Shown one piece after another: positions 54,916 to 64,000 of a stretch of 64,000 bases of DNA. Under the pieces are notes generated by a model that was given only the letters and a program-made list of their open reading frames with translations, did not search any database and was not told the origin of the DNA. Numbering within the stretch: position 1 is the stretch's first letter; the number at the start of each line of letters is the position of its first letter. Source of the DNA: Octopus sinensis (taxonomy: Eukaryota); contig NC_043006.1 of NCBI RefSeq assembly GCF_006345805.1, positions 9,176,001 to 9,240,000 on the forward strand. Reading direction: 5' to 3'. Position numbers and translations under genes: made by a program.

Positions 54916-55771
54916 ATATATATTTATAGCATATTTACGCACACACATACATAATATTGCTTTTTACTTCTTTCAAAACCTGGTTCTTACTCTCTCAGGT
55001 ACTTTCGCAAACTTACGCGGACATAAATACGCCAGCCCCGATTGCGAAGCGTCGGGGGTGGGGACGAAATCAAGCACACGACACATTCACTCACACACAC
55101 ACACAAACACACACACATACACACATATATACATGTACGCATGTAGGGAAGGACGGAACATATGGATAGAGATCCATGTGAGTACGTTTGTGTGGAATAT
55201 GCGTGCGTGCACGCCAGCGTATCGATTTGTATGCTAAACCGAAATTTCGTTTCTCTACTTTACTTGTTCAACTTGGATTAAAGAAGACTCACAACCGGCG
55301 AAGTTTCGCCGGTTGTGTCGCTGCGATAAACTTCGTAGCAAATATTTCACAAAAAGAAAAATAAAAGAGAGAGAGAGAGAAAAAAAACTATAATTATATT
55401 TAGTTTTTCGTGTATTCTATGAAAGCATTGTGCCATGCATTTCAAAACACAATCTAAGTGCATATGTCTGTGTGTGTGTGTTTTGCTTTTGTGTTTCTCT
55501 GTGGTAGAATTGGGGTCTTTCCTCGTGTGTTTACATGAATAAGGAGTTTTATTTAGATCCCTATATTCAAAAGGTGTATAACCTTTGGTATAGGGAAACG
55601 AATATTTTGCGGTATTAAGCAATATTTAAATTTATATGTTTACATATAATACATATGACTTTTACCGAGAAACTCACGCTCTGTCGTAACAAAATATACA
55701 CGTATTTGTAAATGCAGAAGTATCAGTTTTTTTTCTGTATCAATATCTGTGTGTGTGCGTTTATGTGGTGT

Positions 55772-55813
<42 letters not shown>

Positions 55814-55853
55814 ACGTCTGCACATTCCCATATGTGGGTCCATATGTGTAAGG

Positions 55854-55894
<41 letters not shown>

Positions 55895-57045
55895 TCCGTT
55901 TCCATGTTTTTGTTTTTATGTTTTCGTTTCTCGTTGTGTTCTGCAATTTTTTGGTGTCCTGTACCCATATATGCATGTATATATACATATAGATGTAGGT
56001 ATGTACATATATGTATCTATGCATGTATGTATGTATGTATGTATGTATGTATGTATGTATGTATGCATATGTCTTATTTATTAATTTTTTATTATATATT
56101 TTTAAAAAAAATTATCTAGTTTCAGCTCACGAGCTGTGGCCTTGCTGGGGCACCGCAATTTATATATATGCACCAACATATATATATATATATATCTATC
56201 TATAAGTCAAAATAGCTCTATACAAACACATCAATAAAATACATACATAGGCGCGCACAAATATACATATATTTTGCGTGCGCGTATATTCTGTGTGTGT
56301 GTGTATGCGTGTGAGTGTGTGCGCGCGCGTGTCTGTACGTAAATAGAATTATAGGTATACATATTTTGGTCTATATGTGACCAGCGTTTGATGTTAAACT
56401 TGGGAGGAGCCAAGGTTATAGCACAGTAACTACTTTCACTTTTAATACTTTTCTTTTATATTACTAGTAAATTCGACCCCCACCCTTGTTCTCTCCGTAG
56501 AATTTTAAAAAAATGTTCTCTTCGTTTTTATTTACACTGATTTGTGTTTCTTAGATTTGCTTTCTAGTATTTTTTTACGATTAAACATAGCTTTTGCCTT
56601 ACCCTGCCTCTTCTACCTATTCTTCCATTCATAAACAATCTCTAATAAAACTCGCTTCACCGGTTTTTTGGTGCTGGTTTATCATATGTCTGTTATTGTT
56701 GTTAAGCGGGAAGCGAACGGGAGTTCTTTGAGTGGGAAGTATTTTTGCATCGGTGATTTGATATTTAATTACTTAAAAGCTTACTGTAATTGGCCAACCA
56801 TGGATGAGTAATCACACACTCACAAATAGCTGAACACTCACTCAGACGTAATATCTTAAATACACAGCACGCAACAAAAACATTATCACGTCGCTATGTA
56901 CACATGTTCACGTAAACGCAACCGTTTACCTATTTAGAGACACATGAAATAAATTCTATCGTTCTCTTCATATAGTCACACACAGTATCTATATAGCTAT
57001 CTCTCTAATCTTCTATTTATGTACACTGAGACATATCTGTTTATC

Positions 57046-57175
<130 letters not shown>

Positions 57176-57520
57176 CCACCTCGACGAAGCCACCTTGAGC
57201 ATAATCCTATGAACCCAGAAAATTTAAAACACTTGCAAACAAATGTGGTAACATGTAACATTATTGACCGAGGTTACCGTGGTCTTTCCCGTAGGCTTTT
57301 CTTTCCACTGAAAAACCTTATCTGTTTCCCCCTTTACACTTTACATCATCACACTGTGATACACGAGCCCTATTGATCGTTTCTTTGTTTTTTTGTCTTT
57401 TTTCCCTTTTACGATCCCTTTTAATCGAGAACCTACCCCATTTTTTTTTCTCTCCCCAAAAAAGAAAAGCTCTATTTTGCAATCTGTCCCGTCTATGTGC
57501 GGCCCTGTGTGGCTAATAAC
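57176..57520 (+). mobile_element. Tx1/L1-clade LINE 3' end inside (TATC)n
   Basis: GACGAAGCCACCTTGAGCATAATCCTATGAACCCAGAA...GGCCCTGTGTGGCTAATAA; (TATC)n on both sides. Confidence 0.9.
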
Positions 57521-57799
57521 CTATCTATCTATCTACCTATCTATTTATCTGTCTGTCGGTGTCTATATATAAACTATATATTAAATTATTCTATTGAATA
57601 TTATAAACATTTCCTCCACGCACACATACACACACATACACACACACACAAATACAGGCACACACACATTCGTCTCTTATAACCTGTATGTTTATTAAAC
57701 GCACCATAAAAGAGATATTGTTTAAAAATGAAGCATAAACGTGTACGCGTGTCTGTGTGATTGTGCATGTGAGTGTGTCACTGTGTGAGTGTCCGTGCG

Positions 57800-57836
<37 letters not shown>

Positions 57837-58871
57837 TATGTGTGTGTGTGTGTGTCTATAAGTGTTACTCCGAATACACTTATACAGTTATTTTTATATG
57901 CGTTGCTCGCAGCAGAAAATGCAGCGGTTACATAACGTTGTTACAACCTCTTGTCCTAATGGTAACAAATGTAATCGCACGCATCGTTGGGAATCCTGCT
58001 GTAGGTTGAGCATGTTGAACAGGTATTTACGTTAAGTGCTTTACCTTTGGATTCGGCTACGAAGATTGACATTTCTTCTCATGCAGAATATTCCCGGCTG
58101 CTGTCTCAAATTAAGAGCAACAGCCTAGGGCGGGTCTCTGTTATCATAACTGTCTCCCTAGCAACTTTATTCAGGTGTTTCAATTCTAAACCAAAGTTGT
58201 GAGAATAGCACGAAGATAATGCCGGGAATTCAAGGCAGCCGAGACATGTTGCATGTCATCCAATAACAACAGGCTGATGAGTTCATGCATTTGGGGACAG
58301 ACATCAAGAATGCCCCTATCCCAAGAGAACAGTAATTTCTATCATAACCTATGTCTAATCGAAGCAATATTACAATGAACTTGGCCTAAAATTAGTCTAT
58401 TCTTAACATCAGCTGGCTTCCCCCTAATGACAGGTTTGGGGCCAAATAGCAAACGGGTCCTTTATTAGTGGATTGCTTCAAGTGTTTTATATTCCTGCTC
58501 AAAAAATTTGTTATAATTGGGTTTTCCAACTTGGATATGTATCCCGAAATATTCGTCGAAACGGTAATTACCTTAGCAATATTAACGTGCCTCTGCATGT
58601 ATGAACATCAGAAAATGCCCTACAGCAAGTGGTTTTCGGATGTAAACAGTTAATGCACTCTGATTACAGGGCGCGTTGTATATTACTTCAGATTTGAAGG
58701 GACTCTCGGTGATCGGAGCGAGAGGAAAGATAGAGAAGGTAACACAAACTAGTGACTGATTCCTTTATATCTAATGATGTTGGCAAATAATTGCGATTGC
58801 CCGAAGCTATATATATATATATATATTATATATGTATGTATGATGTATGTATGTATGTATGTATGTATGTA

Positions 58872-58958
<87 letters not shown>

Positions 58959-59420
58959 GAGAGAGAGAGATACACGTACATACACACCATACATACACAC
59001 AAACATGCATACGTTGCTATCTACTTAGATGCATACACATACGCATATGTATGTATATATTCATGCACATATGCAAGCATAAACACGCACAGAAATGAAT
59101 ATATCTATAAGATTATATATATATATATATATAATCTTGTAGATATATTCATGTGTGAGTGTGTGTGTGTAAGCGTGTGTATGTATAGGTGTGTGTGTGT
59201 GTGTGCGAAGTATACATCAATAAAAATACTCTCACACTGCGACACATATATGGTATATATATACACCTTCCCGTTGTTCCTACACCAATCTTCGTCCTTT
59301 TTTCCCTGTAAATTTGAAATATATATATGTGTGCGTGTGTGTGTTGTGTGTGTGTGCATGTGTGTATGTGTGTGTGTGTGTGTGTGCATGGACACAGACC
59401 GCGCAGTATATATATAATAA

Positions 59421-59466
<46 letters not shown>

Positions 59467-59982
59467 CGCAGGTATGTTTACGCGGACTCCGACGTCCTGT
59501 CTTTGGCTAAGGATCGCTGGCTTTATAAATAAAAATTTTTCATTTGTTATTAAACACAAACTTTCCGTTGTTTCATGTTTTATATTGATTGACAGCAGTT
59601 ACGCAGTGTATTGTTGACACACATAAAAGTACAGGCGCACGTGTGTGTGTGTGTCTGTGTGTGTGTGTGTGCAGGGGTATATGCATGTATATATTATATG
59701 TGTGCGTGTGTGTGATATCCGTGTGACAGGTGTGTGTGTGTTTGTGCGTGTATGTGCGCGAGTGTAACGTATATATTTACATAATACACATGCATACACT
59801 ATCACTTTCACATATACATGCGTATGTGAGTGTATCTAAGTGTGTGTGTGAGTGTGTGTGTGTGTAAGCGTGTGTATGTATGTGTGCGTGTGTATGTGTA
59901 AGCGTGTGTGTGCGTGAAGTATACATAAAAAATATATATATACGTATGTACATATATATATACACTTATACGTATATATGTG

Positions 59983-60014
<32 letters not shown>

Positions 60015-61711
60015 ATAGACACACAGAGGTACACACGCATACAAATACACACACACACGCATACACACATACACACATATAATCATTCATAGTTACCCCA
60101 AGATACGTAATACATACAATTATACATACATATGAAAGTGTGTGTTTACTTGAATAGGGCAAGCATCGAAAGAGATAAATACACGCACAAATGTACAAAA
60201 TATATGTATTTACCTTTTCTGTGTGTGAGAGAGAGAAAGTGTGTGTGTGTTAGAGTGTGTGTGTATGTGTGTGCCACTGTGTTTGCCTTTTAGCCTTTGG
60301 GTTCATGTGTGTATGTGTGCCTCAGTTTAGTTTGTGTTTACTGATGTATATACTTCGGACCTCATGAAGTATTATGTGCAACGTCAATTGAACAATGAAA
60401 AAAATATGATACAATAAAAATTGACAAACTATAAAGAAACGACATGAATTTTTCCGCAAAATATACAGGTAAAATGTGTAAGTACCTGCTATTGCAACCC
60501 CCACCCATAAACTTATTTAACAGACACACATACACAGATGTACTGAATAAAACATACACATACATATATATATATTGATATATGCTTAATCATTCATATT
60601 TACACATATAAATATGAACATATAAGACAGGAGGATGAGGCAGGGAGAGAGAGTGGGAGAGAAAGAGATAGAGGGAGAGAGAAGAGATTGGGAGACACAA
60701 GATATATATACATAAAGAGAGAGAGAGAGGGTGTGTGATTGTCAGGGGAATGGGAGATAAAATAAAAGAGACGCAAAGAGAAAGTGAAAATGAAAATAAG
60801 ATAAGGGAGTTCTTACCTTAATAACAACAAACAGACAGTTAAAGGTGCCATGGGAAATATCAGTCGGGCCGGCATGGTTTTTAAGCCCCAAGTAGTTTAT
60901 ATAATACAGTATAAATCGCTGCAAGGTAAGGTATGATGCTAAGAAGGAGATGTGGAACGAGGATGGAGGGCAGGAAGGAAGACACGCGGAGAGATAGAGA
61001 GAGTGAGAGAGAGTGATGCTGAGGAAGGAAGAAAGAATGAGTGATTGAGAATAAGAGAGTGTGTGAGAGTAAATGAGAGAGTGTCAGAGAATATATTGTG
61101 GAGTTAAGAGAAAATTCCTACAGACAGATAGGTATGCATCTGTAGGCAATATATATATATATTTGTGTGTATGTGTGTGTCTGCATGTAGTGTGTATACA
61201 TATATATATATAAGTATGTGTGTGTGTGTGTGTGTGTAGATTAAAGATGTTTTGAAGAGAAAGATTGACACAAAGTGTCTGTGAGAGCGTGGGAAGGAGA
61301 GAGAAGTAGTTTAATTATTACTTTCAAGATTATGGAAGAGATTGTATAACTACGGAAGACAGACAGAATGAGGGAACGAGAAACTCTGTATGAATGAGTC
61401 AAAGAGAAAATGAGAGAAAGAGGGAGACAGAAAGAGCGAGAGAAATTTTTATGAGAGTGAGAGGGAGAAAGTGAGAGAGAGAGAGAGAGTTAGAGGTAGG
61501 TAACGGTGACTGTGAAGGTGTGAGTGAAGAGATGCGATAAGACCATGTGGATTTCTACTCCGGCTTTTGCATGAGTTTGGTAAAGTGACGTCGTTTTCCT
61601 TAGTCCTGTTGTATTGGTGTATTGGTGTGTATACAAACCATTCACTTCTCTCTCGTCCTCTCTCTCTTTCTCTTTCACTCTTTCTCTTTCTCGCTTCCTC
61701 TTTCACTATCG

Positions 61712-61750
<39 letters not shown>

Positions 61751-62699
61751 ATCTATCTCCGTTTCTCTTTATTTTTTTTCTTTCTTTCTTCATTCAGTCT
61801 TCCTCACACACATTGTTGACTATATCGGTTATATAGAAGATGGAGGAGAGATATTGCAGGAAAGGCAATGTGAGAGAAGAGAGGGGGGTGGAGAGAGAAT
61901 GAGAGAGTGGGAGATGAAGAGCGAAAGGGAGAGAAAGAAAGAGAGAGTGGGTTGGAGGGAGAGAGGAAAAAATCAATTCATAAAAAATAAAAGGAAAATT
62001 CTGAGGTGAAGAGAAGAAAAAGCACAATAGATTAGTTTACAAAAAAAGTGATAAAGTATGAGATAAAGGTAGAGAAAGAGGGTGAGCGAGCTTGAGAGAG
62101 AAAGAAAGAGTGTGAGCGAGCAGGAGAGAGAAAGAAAGAGTGTGAGCGAGCTGGAGAGAGAAAGAAAGAGTGTGATAATAATCGGAAGAGGCCTCGGAGT
62201 GTTTAGGAAAAAAAATATGGAGAAGAGGAGAAGCGTTTGACATGAGACATAAAAAATCAAAGAGAGAGAGAGAGAGAGCGCGCGACAGAGAACAGCAGAA
62301 AGAAGAGGGGTAGAATTGTGACAATGTGTGTATCTGTGTATGAGTGTGTGTGTGTTTGTGTATGTGTGTGTGTGTGTGTGTTTGACTGTCCATATGCATA
62401 CATTTATGCGGGTAGATGTGTGTTGACAACTGTGAGCGTATGCATGTATGAGTATGCTTATGTTGTATGCAGGTGGGCGAGATGGTGTTTGTGTATGTGT
62501 GCGTGTTTGTATGTATGTATGTATGTATGTATGTATTTGCGTATGCGTTTTTGTGTGTGTGTCCACAGAAATGCAAAAAAAAAAAAAAAACATTTGTCCA
62601 GAGATTTAGTACCGATCGAACGCATACACACTCGCCTTCACACGCGCGAACACTCTCGGCGACACTGGCAAACATACAGACACAAACACAAGGCTACAC

Positions 62700-63249
62700 A
62701 CAAACATACATACATACATACATACATACAACAAATACACACACCGATAGGCGCACGCAAACACGTTTTACAGTCATACATAAACAGAAGCATATATTTA
62801 TACATACATACATACATAACTATATACACACATAGATACATACATACGCATATACATACATATATAGATGTATACATATATACATACATACATACATACA
62901 TGCATACATACATACGTACATCACAAGATACATACATGCATGCATACATACATACATACATCCATCCATACATACATACATACATACATACATGCATACG
63001 TACATACATACATGCATGCATACATACATACATACATACATACATACATACATACACACATACATGCTTACATACATACATACATATACATACATACATA
63101 CATACATACATACATACATGCATGCATACATACATACATACATACATACATACATACATACATGCATACATACTTACATACATACATACATACATACATA
63201 CTTACATACATGCATACATACATACATACATACATACATACATACATAC

Positions 63250-63280
<31 letters not shown>

Positions 63281-63345
63281 CATACATACATACATACATA
63301 CATGCATGCATACATACATACATACATACATACATACATACATGG
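62700..63345. repeat. Long imperfect (TACA)n array
   Basis: Directly visible; it generates the long YIHT/MYVC ORFs in the track. Confidence 0.95.
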
Positions 63346-63520
63346 ATACATAAATACATTTATGATTAGCAAACGAGCAAATGAGAGTATTTGGTTTCCT
63401 GAAAGTTAGAAATAACGAAAATACGTTTCCTTCAAATCGCGCCGGGTTTTCTTTAAATAACATCAACAAGATGTTGGAAAGGCCCACGGATACTGATGGT
63501 AAGAAAACTGAAAGAAGAAA

Positions 63521-63951
<431 letters not shown>

Positions 63952-64000
63952 TGCGAAATGTTAAAGAGAAAGGAAAGGGAACCGGTTGGTCACAACTGGA

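Noticed and set aside
58275-58310. CTGATGAG motif
   Set aside because: No closing stem II or GAAA.
62318-63487. Long ORFs (up to 363 aa) and the many [16 protein letters not shown] ORFs across the track
   Set aside because: They are translations of stop-free microsatellites, not genes.

Overview
AT-rich eukaryotic DNA packed with microsatellites. The SINE families and repeat density fit an octopod cephalopod (inference, from recognition only). I found no confidently identifiable host gene, and almost all ORFs in the track are translations of simple repeats. The window is a mosaic of decayed mobile elements: a Gypsy integrase fragment, clustered R4/Dong-type LINE 3' ends in (TAA)n, three Tx1/L1-type LINE 3' ends each inside (TATC)n, two CR1-type RT fragments, hAT and mariner transposase remnants, and many tRNA-derived SINEs. 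The most striking signal is a set of minimal type I hammerhead-ribozyme (HHR) motifs with palindromic stem III. Four are well formed and three are variants. Several lie inside short, ORF-less foldback elements that abut (TA)n and are probably non-autonomous Penelope-like derivatives. Different element classes appear to occupy different microsatellite types, and the internal microsatellite of one SINE family has itself taken nested LINE insertions.
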